Shown piece after piece: positions 9,289-16,964 of a DNA stretch of 28,276 nt (the stretch's first letter is position 1; the number at the start of each line of letters is the position of its first letter). Source of the stretch: a virus (lineage: Duplodnaviria; Caudoviricetes); the IMG/VR virus record IMGVR_UViG_3300012171_000004, positions 1 through 28,276 of that record, one strand, 5' to 3'. A model generated the notes under the pieces. The model searched no databases and had not been told where the DNA came from. It saw only the letters and a program-made list of their open reading frames with translations. Position numbers and translations under genes: made by a program.

Positions 9289-9963
9289 TTACTCCTGGTT
9301 GTGGTCATCGATCAATTGATTGAGTTCGTCGGCGTCGATTTCGTGCCGCATTTCCTTGAGGCGGACGCCCTTGGCCTTCATCAATTCGGCAATTTTCTTT
9401 ACCGTTGGGTATGTGGACGCGAGGCGCTCGCAAACCTCCACGATGTTATCCGACCGTTGCCACGCTGCGACAAAATCGCGCGGATCGATCTTGGCGTTTA
9501 CGGGTCGCCACGCGAGATTATCGGCGCGAATGTTTTTCGGATCACCGTCGGCGTAGGAGATGACGTAGCCGTCCGGCCTTGCGCCGATCCACGATTCGGC
9601 GACCAGCACGGCGGGGACGCAATATACGGACTTGCCGTCCTTTCGCGTCAGCTTGACGCGCCATCGATTGGATTCCTTCGGCGTGATTTTCCTTGGCGGG
9701 TCCGTGTGCGTCGAATAGACAGCGCCGTCAGCGCCGACCAAATACGCCGGGAAGAGTGGGTGGATGCGGACAGGTTCGCCGTCTGGCATTGCCGGCCTAT
9801 CGTCGTGTGGGACATTGCCGACCCCGTGCGGAGCCAAGCCCTGTTTGCGCAACCATTGGGCCACGGCGGATACACTCTTGCCGGTTGCATCTGCGATGTC
9901 GCTGCACGACATGCCGCGATCATACATCGATTGGTACGTCGCGTGGAGTTCTTTTCGTGTCAT
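9289..9963 (-). CDS. HTH + NUMOD4/HNH-like cargo protein, HNH site degenerate
   Basis: GAGGA RBS; MSCSDIADATGKSVSAVAQWL HTH; YLVGADGAVYS; LVAESWIG..ISYADGDPKNIRADNLAW. Confidence 0.7.
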   Translation of the reverse strand: MTRKELHATYQSMYDRGMSCSDIADATGKSVSAVAQWLRKQGLAPHGVGNVPHDDRPAMPDGEPVRIHPLFPAYLVGADGAVYSTHTDPPRKITPKESNRWRVKLTRKDGKSVYCVPAVLVAESWIGARPDGYVISYADGDPKNIRADNLAWRPVNAKIDPRDFVAAWQRSDNIVEVCERLASTYPTVKKIAELMKAKGVRLKEMRHEIDADELNQLIDDHNQE

Positions 9964-9972
9964 GATTTTTCC

Positions 9973-10284
9973 TCATTTGATTGTTACACGGACCAACTGC
10001 GGGAGCGGCCCCTCACTTCGGAGCGGCGGCATCACCGTACATTCAGCCCGCACTCGCTTACCCTTGACCGTGACTTTCCCACGGTAGATCGAGCCGCCGT
10101 TTTTTTGTTTCTCGCTCGCGTCCACGGCGAGCCGGGCCGTCAGGCTCAAGTCGCCAAGCTCGTTTTGAGCGGCGATGAATTCCGGGTTGTCCTCTTCCAG
10201 CTCGCCGCCGCGCCCCGTCAGTGTCATCCACTGACGGACGGCGGCGATGGTGATGTACCATTTCCAGTCGCCTCGGATCGGCAT
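9973..10284 (-). CDS. Hypothetical cargo protein
   Basis: AAGGAG RBS, 103 aa. Confidence 0.7.
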   Translation of the reverse strand: MPIRGDWKWYITIAAVRQWMTLTGRGGELEEDNPEFIAAQNELGDLSLTARLAVDASEKQKNGGSIYRGKVTVKGKRVRAECTVMPPLRSEGPLPQLVRVTIK

Positions 10285-10287
10285 AGC

Positions 10288-10860
10288 TCACTCCTTGGCA
10301 GCGTCGATGATGACTTGAGCGTTCGTGTCGCAGTTACACACGCTGTAGATGGGATCGCCGTCGGTGTATTCGTCGCTGGCGTCTTCCCCGGCGTCTTCGA
10401 TGAGGCGCTCGCTGGCGTCCTTGACCTGTGTCGGCGCCAGATCGGCATCGCGAAATTCGGCGGCGGCGGACGCAGACCAAACGCCGATCTCGCACCAGCC
10501 GCCGGCCTGGTCAGCCGTGAAATCGGCGTCGAGCCATTCTTGGGCCTGATCGTCCGCACAATTCCCGGTGAATCGGTCGCCGTGTCGTTCGAGCGTGTCG
10601 GCCATCTCGATCAGATCGGCGTCGCGTCCGACCATCTTGACCAGCGCCGCCTCGATCTCGTCGGCGTAGTCGTCAGCCTCGTCACCGCCCATCTCCACCA
10701 TTTCGCGGAGAAGGGATTCCATCGCCGCGCGGGGCGAATGGCGGAAATCGGCGACCTGGCGACCGTGTTCATCGCCTTCGATGGGGCAGGACGCTTGGGC
10801 AAAATCCGCCGTCAAGCTGTAGATGTCGCCCATGTACTCAACCGTGTACGTCGTCTTCAT
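10288..10860 (-). CDS. Highly acidic cargo protein (190 aa)
   Basis: First gene after the element promoter; hand count about 46 D+E versus 13 K+R. Confidence 0.75.
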   Translation of the reverse strand: MKTTYTVEYMGDIYSLTADFAQASCPIEGDEHGRQVADFRHSPRAAMESLLREMVEMGGDEADDYADEIEAALVKMVGRDADLIEMADTLERHGDRFTGNCADDQAQEWLDADFTADQAGGWCEIGVWSASAAAEFRDADLAPTQVKDASERLIEDAGEDASDEYTDGDPIYSVCNCDTNAQVIIDAAKE

Positions 10861-10935
10861 GATTTTTCTCGCTTCAAGGGGTCCGACCGTTTCGCCGGTC
10901 GTTCGCGTGTCCGGTGTCATTCACCCGACATCATA

Positions 10936-10963
10936 ATTATACCCGATACTCGTGATGAGTCAA
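10936..10963 (-). promoter_or_regulatory. Sigma70-type promoter overlapping an internal copy of the IR core
   Basis: Minus strand TTGACT-16 nt-TATAAT; the -35 lies in TATACACTTGACTCATCACG, matching the terminal IR. Confidence 0.75.
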
Positions 10964-11091
10964 GTGTATATTCTAGTTATTTCTGAATTTTCTCGAAAAT
11001 AGTTTTCTGTCGTTTCGGACAGGGTATTAGCGTGATGAGTCAAATGGATAATTGCCAAAGGCAAGCATGGAAATCCGAAAGGATGCAAACA

Positions 11092-11646
11092 ATGGCCCGC
11101 ACCGACGACAACTGGATTCAGTCTTTCACTGGCCGGCAAGTATGGCCACTCGATCCGCGCCTCGAGGACATCGACATCCGCGACATCGCGCACCACTTGG
11201 CGATGAAGTGCAGATTCACCGGCGCGGTCAAACGATTCTACTCCGTCGCGCAACATTGCGTCATCGGCTCGCGTTACATCGCGCCTGAGCATGCGCTTTG
11301 GTTTCTCCTGCACGATGCGCCCGAGGCCTACCTATTCGACGCAGCCCGGCCGATCAAGGCCGAGCGGCCATTCATCAAAGAGGACGAAAACCGGCTCATG
11401 GCGTGCATCGCTGCAAAGTTCGAGTTGCCGATGCCGGAGCCAGAAGCCGTGAAGCAGATGGATTATGTGATGCTCCGGACGGAGCGACGAGACTTCATGA
11501 ACGCACCGCCCAGGCCGTGGGCTGACCGTGGGTACGAACCGCTCGCGGAAACGCTGGTGAGCTGGGACCCGGACAAGGCCGAGGCGGAATACCTCATGCA
11601 GTTCGGCAATCTACTGCGAATGCGGCTGCGGAGTATCTGCGAATGA
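11092..11646 (+). CDS. HD-domain phosphohydrolase (YfbR-like 5'-deoxynucleotidase family)
   Basis: IDIRDIAHHLAMKCRFTG, YSVAQH, LLHDAPEAY. Confidence 0.85.
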   Translation: MARTDDNWIQSFTGRQVWPLDPRLEDIDIRDIAHHLAMKCRFTGAVKRFYSVAQHCVIGSRYIAPEHALWFLLHDAPEAYLFDAARPIKAERPFIKEDENRLMACIAAKFELPMPEPEAVKQMDYVMLRTERRDFMNAPPRPWADRGYEPLAETLVSWDPDKAEAEYLMQFGNLLRMRLRSICE

Positions 11647-11689
11647 GAACGAGACCAATTTGTCATGGAATCTTTGGCAGGGATGAACG

Positions 11690-12436
11690 ATGGGCTTTGA
11701 AATACCACTCGATTCGGACTACCCAGAGCATCCGAAGGTTTTGGCCCTGATCGCCTTGCTTGGCGACATGGCCGACGCCATCCCCGTTCGGCTCTGGTGC
11801 TGGTGCGCCAAGTATCAAAAGGACGGCATAGTCCGCGGCGGGCCCGACGCAATTGAAAAGGCCGTCAAATGGAAAAAGAAAAAAGGCGTTTGCCACAAAG
11901 CTCTCATGGAGGTCGGCCTGGTCGATCCCGACGGTATTACCGTCCACGATTGGGGAGACTGGGCCGGTCGAAAAATCGACGCCTACGAGAAGAAAAAAAA
12001 GCGACAAAGAGAGGAGTACGAAGGTCGGAATTCTGCCGGAAGAAACCTGGAAGAAGGTCGGAATTCTGCCGGCATTCTGCAAACCCTAAAAGAAACGAAA
12101 AGAAACGAAAAGAAAACAAACGAAACGAAACGAAACGAAACCGCGCAATCGGCGGAAGAACTTTCGATCGAGCAATTGGCCCAAGATGCGGCTTTCGACG
12201 AGGGTTTTGGCACGAAGCCGGATCGAATCGCCCTTTGGCACAAACACCTCAAAGACCTGGAAAAACGCGGGTTTTCGCTGATTGACCTCGAACGCGAACT
12301 CGCAAACAAGCCGCGAGACACCGAGCCGCCGTGGGAGTTTTACAAGCGTTTGGAGAAGGCCAATGGAAACCAAATTGACCCCTACGCAGGATTCAAAACG
12401 GTCGCCGCCAACGCTAAGGAAGCCCCTGCCGGATGA
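11690..12436 (+). CDS. Phage replication initiator-like protein
   Basis: HPKV..RLWCW..HDW N-terminal domain, internal direct repeats and A-rich tract, followed by a helicase-loader-type gene. Confidence 0.65.
   Translation: MGFEIPLDSDYPEHPKVLALIALLGDMADAIPVRLWCWCAKYQKDGIVRGGPDAIEKAVKWKKKKGVCHKALMEVGLVDPDGITVHDWGDWAGRKIDAYEKKKKRQREEYEGRNSAGRNLEEGRNSAGILQTLKETKRNEKKTNETKRNETAQSAEELSIEQLAQDAAFDEGFGTKPDRIALWHKHLKDLEKRGFSLIDLERELANKPRDTEPPWEFYKRLEKANGNQIDPYAGFKTVAANAKEAPAG
12020..12140. repeat. Putative replication origin: 20-bp direct repeats plus A-rich tract
   Basis: GAAGGTCGGAATTCTGCCGG at 12020-12039 and 12053-12072, then (GAAAC/GAAAA)n; lambda O-like layout. Confidence 0.6.
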
Positions 12437-12977
12437 GGCCGAGACGTTTTGTACAGTGCTCTCGCCTCTCGCGGCCATCTGTCGGCCACCGCTGGACCCC
12501 GAACAAGTTTTGGGATACTTCAACGCCTTGGCCGATCTTCCCCCCGAGGCGATTTTCGTCGCTGCGACCGAGATTGCTGCCGTGCGGCAGTACCCGAGCT
12601 GGCCGATGCCCGGCGAGATCCGGACCGTTGCCGTTCGCTTCATGGCGCCGCAGGTGACGGCTGGCGAGGCCTGGGCCCTGGCACAAAAGGCGGCGCGCCT
12701 GCTCGCCGATCCGTCGATCGACTTCAAAAACGGAAAGCCGGTCGCAGAATGGAACGACCAGATCTTCGCGGCGTTGCCGCCGGCGGTGCAGAAAACGCTC
12801 CGGATTTTCGGCGGACGGCGCATCCTCGAAACGCAAGCCGTGTACGCGAATTTTCGCGACGAGTACGAACGGCAGGTTGCGTTGATCCGTCGACCGCTCA
12901 TGTTGCCGGCGCCGGCGAAAACGTTAATCGCCGGTTTGCTCGCGAAAAGCGACGTTGCGAGGAAACTGATCGCATGA
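12363..12977 (+). CDS. Helicase loader/inhibitor-like (G39P-like) protein
   Basis: YFNALADLP..WPMPGEIR..AGEAW; position after the initiator gene. Confidence 0.55.
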   Translation: METKLTPTQDSKRSPPTLRKPLPDEAETFCTVLSPLAAICRPPLDPEQVLGYFNALADLPPEAIFVAATEIAAVRQYPSWPMPGEIRTVAVRFMAPQVTAGEAWALAQKAARLLADPSIDFKNGKPVAEWNDQIFAALPPAVQKTLRIFGGRRILETQAVYANFRDEYERQVALIRRPLMLPAPAKTLIAGLLAKSDVARKLIA

Positions 12978-13030
12978 CTCAATCCCTCTTCATGACCGGC
13001 GACGCCACGTTCAGCCCATGCGGCCGCTAT
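12974..13030 (+). pseudogene. DUF1643-like protein N-terminal stub, cut by the MITE
   Basis: MTQSLFMTGDATFSPCGRY matches the AxFSxCGxYRY start of DUF1643 proteins; the remainder is absent after the MITE. Confidence 0.6.
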
Positions 13031-13206
13031 GGCAATGACATACTTGACGCATCAAAGGAGCGTGGTTTATTCACGCAGCGTTTGTGATGGGGAGCGTCCA
13101 CAGCTACCCGTGGCCAGACCCTCGCAGCCGATCTAACGGGCATCGGCACAGTGAATTGTGGAGCCGGAGAATAACCGGCCTTTGATGCGTCAAGTATGTC
13201 ATTGCC
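13031..13206. mobile_element. IS1595-related MITE (176 bp)
   Basis: Perfect 28-bp IR GGCAATGACATACTTGACGCATCAAAGG (13031-58 and 13179-206); its first 24 bp are identical to the end at 17446; no TSD. Confidence 0.85.
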
Positions 13207-13227
13207 CAAAAAATCAGGCCCCCCCCG

Positions 13228-13422
13228 ATGTTTGGCCTTTTACTCGCGCTCTCCCTGGTGCTCGGCGCCTGCGTGTTGTTGGTGGGCCGCTTGTTCTGTC
13301 TGGCGGTCTACGGCCCGCTCGATGAGCATAACAGCGATCGCATCGGCTGCGCCTCACTGGTCTCGCTGGTATTGATTATTAGCGCGTTTGTGTTGGCGGT
13401 CGTTGCGCTGTGTTCGCTTTAA
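13228..13422 (+). CDS. Small membrane protein (2 TM)
   Basis: Two hydrophobic stretches; weak RBS. Confidence 0.5.
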   Translation: MFGLLLALSLVLGACVLLVGRLFCLAVYGPLDEHNSDRIGCASLVSLVLIISAFVLAVVALCSL

Positions 13423-13434
13423 GGAGTCCCCTTG

Positions 13435-13668
13435 ATGTTCCAGATCACCAATCCCCGCGACTTGACGCCGGCCGAGATCGACGACTTATTGTTGACGTTC
13501 GATCAAACGGACCCGGCATTGCAACGCCGGATCATCGCGCGTTACATGATCGATCGAACCGTGCTATTGGACGCCTGTAGGAAGACGGCCGCGGCGGATG
13601 AAAGGAACTTCGGCGAGATGCAAGGAATGCTGGAAGCGGTCATACAGAACGTGACGAGGAAACCATGA
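13435..13668 (+). CDS. Hypothetical protein
   Basis: AAGGAG RBS; ATGA overlap with the next gene. Confidence 0.6.
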   Translation: MFQITNPRDLTPAEIDDLLLTFDQTDPALQRRIIARYMIDRTVLLDACRKTAAADERNFGEMQGMLEAVIQNVTRKP

Positions 13669-15125
13669 GCGCGCGGATTCTACAAGGCGACGTGTTCTCC
13701 CAGCTGCCGACGATCAAGCCCCGATCGGTCGATTGCGTCGTTACGTCGCCGCCCTACTGGATGCTCCGCTCGTATCTCCCGAAAGGTAATCTCTTGAAAC
13801 GTTTCGAGTTGGGCCTTGAGAAGACGCCGCAAGAGTACATCGCCAACATGGTCCGCGTGTTCCAGCTGGTGCGCGAGACGATGGCCGATCATGCGACGTG
13901 CTGGATCAACGTGGGGGACACTTACGCGGACGATTCAAAGTACGGCGGCGCAACGGGCGGCAAGCACGTAAAGGCACTGCACGGCCAAACTGGAATCAAC
14001 AGAGAGAAAAAGGAATCGGGCATTGACGCCGGCAACCTTTGCCTCATCCCGCAACGCCTGATGATCGCCTTGCAGGATGATGGCTGGATTGTCCGTAGCG
14101 TGGTGATCTGGCACAAGCCCGCGCCGATGCCGAGTAGCGTGTCAGGTTGGGCATGGAAGCGATGCCGCATCAGGGATCCAAAATTCACGCACACGCAATA
14201 CGGCGGCAAAGGCGCGGAGCTTGACAGGCAATCAGCGTCGGAGCGAATCAAGCAAAACGTCGCAACAAGCCGCGCCAATGGCATGCCGCACGACAGCGCG
14301 ACGGTAGGACATCTCGGCTGGATCGACTGCCCAGGCTGCAAAAAGTGTCGGCCAGCTGGCGGCTACGTCCTCCGCAAAGGCAGCTGGCGTCCCACGTCGG
14401 CGTATGAGCCGATCATCATGCTCGCGAAGACGGCGGATTACTTTTGCGATGGCGAATCAGTTAAGACGCCGAGCAACGGGCATCGCGGTTCGTCGTTCGT
14501 GGATCAACGGGACTTCGACGTTTACGAGAACCTCGGTACGGACGCAAGGGCAGAAGTGAGTAGCGCGAATCTCCGCGACGTTTGGCGTGTCCCGCTTGAG
14601 GACATGAGCAAGGAAGATTTGATCGGCTTCATTCAGAGCATGGACGATGGCCATCTGCCGGACGTATGGCGCATCGCCGCCGAGCCCCTCAAGGACGCCC
14701 ACTACGCCGCCTTCCCCACGGAGTTAGCCAGGAAGTGCCTGCAAGCCGGAACCTCGGCGAAGGGCTATTGTCCAGCGTGCGGCAAGCCGTGGGTGCGCGT
14801 CATCGAATCGAAGTCGGTGCCTCATCCAAGCCCGCGAAAGAACGTAACGAATCGCCAAGGTGCTATCGACACCAAGGGCGGCAACCAGGCGAACGGGAGC
14901 GCATCGACGAGTCCAGAGGTCAACACGATCGGCTGGCGGCCGTCGTGCAGCTGCCCAAAGGATGAACCGCGTCCCGCTCTCGTGCTCGATCCCTTCGCCG
15001 GGAGCGGTCGAACTGGTCAAGCGGCGCAATGGTTGGGCCTCGATTTTGTCGGCGTCGAGTTGAACCCTGTCTACGTGGAAATGGCCGAACGAATCTTGAG
15101 AGAGGACGCGCCGTTATTCGCTTAA
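13665..15125 (+). CDS. N4/N6 DNA methyltransferase (beta arrangement) with Cys-rich insertions
   Basis: VVTSPPY near the N-terminus, HYAAFP, VLDPFAGSG, GVELNPVY near the C-terminus. Confidence 0.92.
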   Translation: MSARILQGDVFSQLPTIKPRSVDCVVTSPPYWMLRSYLPKGNLLKRFELGLEKTPQEYIANMVRVFQLVRETMADHATCWINVGDTYADDSKYGGATGGKHVKALHGQTGINREKKESGIDAGNLCLIPQRLMIALQDDGWIVRSVVIWHKPAPMPSSVSGWAWKRCRIRDPKFTHTQYGGKGAELDRQSASERIKQNVATSRANGMPHDSATVGHLGWIDCPGCKKCRPAGGYVLRKGSWRPTSAYEPIIMLAKTADYFCDGESVKTPSNGHRGSSFVDQRDFDVYENLGTDARAEVSSANLRDVWRVPLEDMSKEDLIGFIQSMDDGHLPDVWRIAAEPLKDAHYAAFPTELARKCLQAGTSAKGYCPACGKPWVRVIESKSVPHPSPRKNVTNRQGAIDTKGGNQANGSASTSPEVNTIGWRPSCSCPKDEPRPALVLDPFAGSGRTGQAAQWLGLDFVGVELNPVYVEMAERILREDAPLFA

Positions 15126-15239
15126 ACCGTTGCCAACGCAAAACAGGCCAGTCAAAAGGGAGTCCGTCGAAAGCCTCAACGCAAAAGCGTACGCGCTTCC
15201 CGCAGCAGGATTTTCGTGTACCGCAAAAAGGAAAATCAA

Positions 15240-15434
15240 ATGGACAGCTATCACACCATCCCCAACACGAATGCCAAAGGCACCCTACTCTGTCTGGGCA
15301 AGTCGATCAGAGCTACATTCATTGATCCTGACGAAGCCGCGTTAGCAGCCGAAGCATTGAACGCGGTGATCGATGCGCCGATAGCGCTCGTGCCCGTCGA
15401 GGACCTCCAGCCCGCCTATCGGATGGAGGATTGA
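15240..15434 (+). CDS. Hypothetical protein
   Basis: AAGGA RBS before MDSYH. Confidence 0.5.
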   Translation: MDSYHTIPNTNAKGTLLCLGKSIRATFIDPDEAALAAEALNAVIDAPIALVPVEDLQPAYRMED

Positions 15435-15437
15435 GCG

Positions 15438-15650
15438 ATGATCGACCGCACCAAGAAAATCAACGGCCACAAGCCAAAGTCCCCGGCCGAACGCCTTGTC
15501 GAAGAGCTGGCCGCATTGAACCGCAAGCGCGAGGAACGCCTGAACCGTTTGGATCGCGATCATCGCATCTGGAATTGGTGCTGGGTCATCTTCGTCGGCG
15601 TCGGGTTGTTGGTTGTTATTGTGCAGATGGTTTCCACGATGCTGAGGTAA
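15438..15650 (+). CDS. Small protein with C-terminal TM helix
   Basis: GGAGGA RBS; WVIFVGVGLLVVIV. Confidence 0.6.
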   Translation: MIDRTKKINGHKPKSPAERLVEELAALNRKREERLNRLDRDHRIWNWCWVIFVGVGLLVVIVQMVSTMLR

Positions 15651-15652
15651 AA

Positions 15653-15792
15653 CCTCTCGCTGACCGCCGTGCGACATGCTGCCCGTCTAGCGCTGCGGGC
15701 GGCTTCTCCGGTGTGCGAAACAAGCCGCGTTACTCGAAGAGCGCGGTTTGGGCTGAGCTATCCGTACTCGATTCACGGCGGTCAACGAGGGG
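15653..15792 (+). ncRNA. Candidate multibranch, degenerate tRNA-like RNA
   Basis: 19-nt closing arms 15653-71 and 15774-92 (17/19 match), two inner hairpins, T-loop-like CCGTA-CTCGATT-CACGG. Confidence 0.45.
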
Positions 15793-15813
15793 CTTTGAGA
15801 CGAAAGGTGTTGC

Positions 15814-16044
15814 ATGAAACCCGAAGCTGAAATCCGCTCGCACATCGAAAGTTTGCGCACCTGTCAACAGATTCCATGCGGCTGCAAGGGCACGGCGCAC
15901 GCGCACGAGTGCATTGCCGGCGGAAAGATGATGAAGGCCGTTGAGATGTCGTTGTTGTGGGCGCTCGGCGAAAATCCGGCGCACGAGGAAATGGTCGCAG
16001 ATTTGCGCCGTGCGGCCGACGATTACAAAACGAGCCTCAATTGA
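15814..16044 (+). CDS. Hypothetical protein
   Basis: AAAGGTG RBS; 76 aa. Confidence 0.6.
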   Translation: MKPEAEIRSHIESLRTCQQIPCGCKGTAHAHECIAGGKMMKAVEMSLLWALGENPAHEEMVADLRRAADDYKTSLN

Positions 16045-16298
16045 ACGTGCCGACCGACGTGTTGACGACATTGACCAGTTATGAAGGTGCCGGGATTCAT
16101 TCGGATTCCAAGCCGCACATCGTCACGAAGGACGGGATACGCCGACTCACGGCAAGGGAGCACGAGAGAGCGCAGGGTTTCCCGGATGATTGGACTGACG
16201 GGCTACAAGATCGAACGCGGCGGATGCTGGTCGGAAATGCAGTGGTGCCGGCGATAGCAGAATGGATCGGCACTCGCTTGATGCGTCAGGTATGTTAA
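16041..16298 (+). pseudogene. C5 cytosine methyltransferase C-terminal fragment (motifs IX-X)
   Basis: IRRLTAREHERAQGFPDDW and GNAVVPAIAEWIG; stop lies inside the IS end at 16279-16302. Confidence 0.8.
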
Positions 16299-16302
16299 TG
16301 CC
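16279..16302. mobile_element. Orphan IS1595-type end
   Basis: TGATGCGTCAGGTATGTTAATGCC; 1 mismatch to the reverse complement of the end at 16472. Confidence 0.75.
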
Positions 16303-16333
16303 CAACCCAAGAGGAAGACGTGATGAACGCCGC

Positions 16334-16388
16334 GTTCGCAAGTTCGCGGGTTCGCGGGTTCGCTCGCGGGTTCGCGGGTTCGCTCGCG
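16334..16388. repeat. GTTCGC-based tandem repeat
   Basis: Perfect 20-mer TCGCGGGTTCGCGGGTTCGC at 16344-63 and 16364-83; six GTTCGC units in total. Confidence 0.85.
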
Positions 16389-16509
16389 TCTGGGGTCCTT
16401 CCCCGGCTTTTGACGTCCGACACTGCACCACGAACAGCCGGAAAACCAAACTTTGTTGCGCAGTTTCGTTGGGCATTAACATACTTGACGCATCACGGAG
16501 CGAAAACGG

Positions 16510-16731
16510 GTGACTGACCTGCGTTCTCCATATCCCTGGTTTGGTGGCAAGATCGGCGCGTATTGTCTGTGGGGCAAGTTTCCCGATTTCGAGGCGACGA
16601 CGAGCAAGCGCAAGGAATCGCTGCCAAGCTGGAAGAAGCAAGAGCGGGCGCTTGTGCCATACTCAATTTCGCTGGCGCTGGCGCTGGCGTGCGAGGCGAA
16701 ATGGAACGGGATCATTGAGGTGGCTGTATGA
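16510..16731 (+). pseudogene. Chimeric remnant: Dam-like N-terminus fused to an unrelated C-terminus
   Basis: SPYPWFGGK is the start of D12-class adenine MTases; the rest (LWGKFP..ERALVPYSIS) is not Dam-like. Confidence 0.55.
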
Positions 16732-16961
16732 ACGCCAAACAAAAGAATGCAGTCGTTCGCTTGGGGAAAGCCCTGGAAGCCTGTCACAAAGCCGGACTGA
16801 TGGGCGGCGTCTATGACGGATCGTTTTGGGCATGGCCAGCCGCCTCGCCTGACCCGCGAGACGGTCCCGACAAAGAGTTCGGAGCGTTCTTTCTCAACGT
16901 CGATGCGGTTGGAATGAAGGCAGAAACCAAGATGTCCCTTGATGGTGGCGCAGGAGCTTAA
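16728..16961 (+). CDS. Hypothetical cargo protein
   Basis: GAGGTG RBS; 77 aa. Confidence 0.65.
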   Translation: MNAKQKNAVVRLGKALEACHKAGLMGGVYDGSFWAWPAASPDPRDGPDKEFGAFFLNVDAVGMKAETKMSLDGGAGA

Positions 16962-16964
16962 TTC

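Larger units (their letters stand above)
7960..10986 (+). other. Element-spanning antisense ORF (1008 codons), codon-aligned with the element 1 genes
   Basis: Part of ORF 7846-10986; ATG at 7960 preceded by AAAGGG. The open frame is certain; translation is unproven. Confidence 0.5.
7908..11056 (-). mobile_element. IS1595-family transposon with passenger genes (element 1, 3149 bp)
   Basis: Perfect 24-bp terminal IR GGCAATTATCCATTTGACTCATCA at 7908-7931 and 11033-11056; contains an IS1595 transposase; flanks CTGGATTG and AAAGGCAA do not form a TSD. Confidence 0.92.

Noticed and set aside
13027-13209. 60-aa minus-strand ORF spanning the MITE
   Set aside because: Short, starts outside the element at a TTG, no RBS; not evidence for a gene.
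15126-15239. Repeated CAACGCAAAA in an intergenic gap, considered as a riboswitch
   Set aside because: No recognisable aptamer stems; only two short copies.
13031-16302. Single composite transposon from 13031 to 16302 or 17446
   Set aside because: No TSD for either pairing, and the end subtypes differ for 16302; cannot be supported, though not excluded.
16334-16388. Possible CRISPR or iteron array
   Set aside because: Contiguous short repeats with no spacers; no cas genes in the window.
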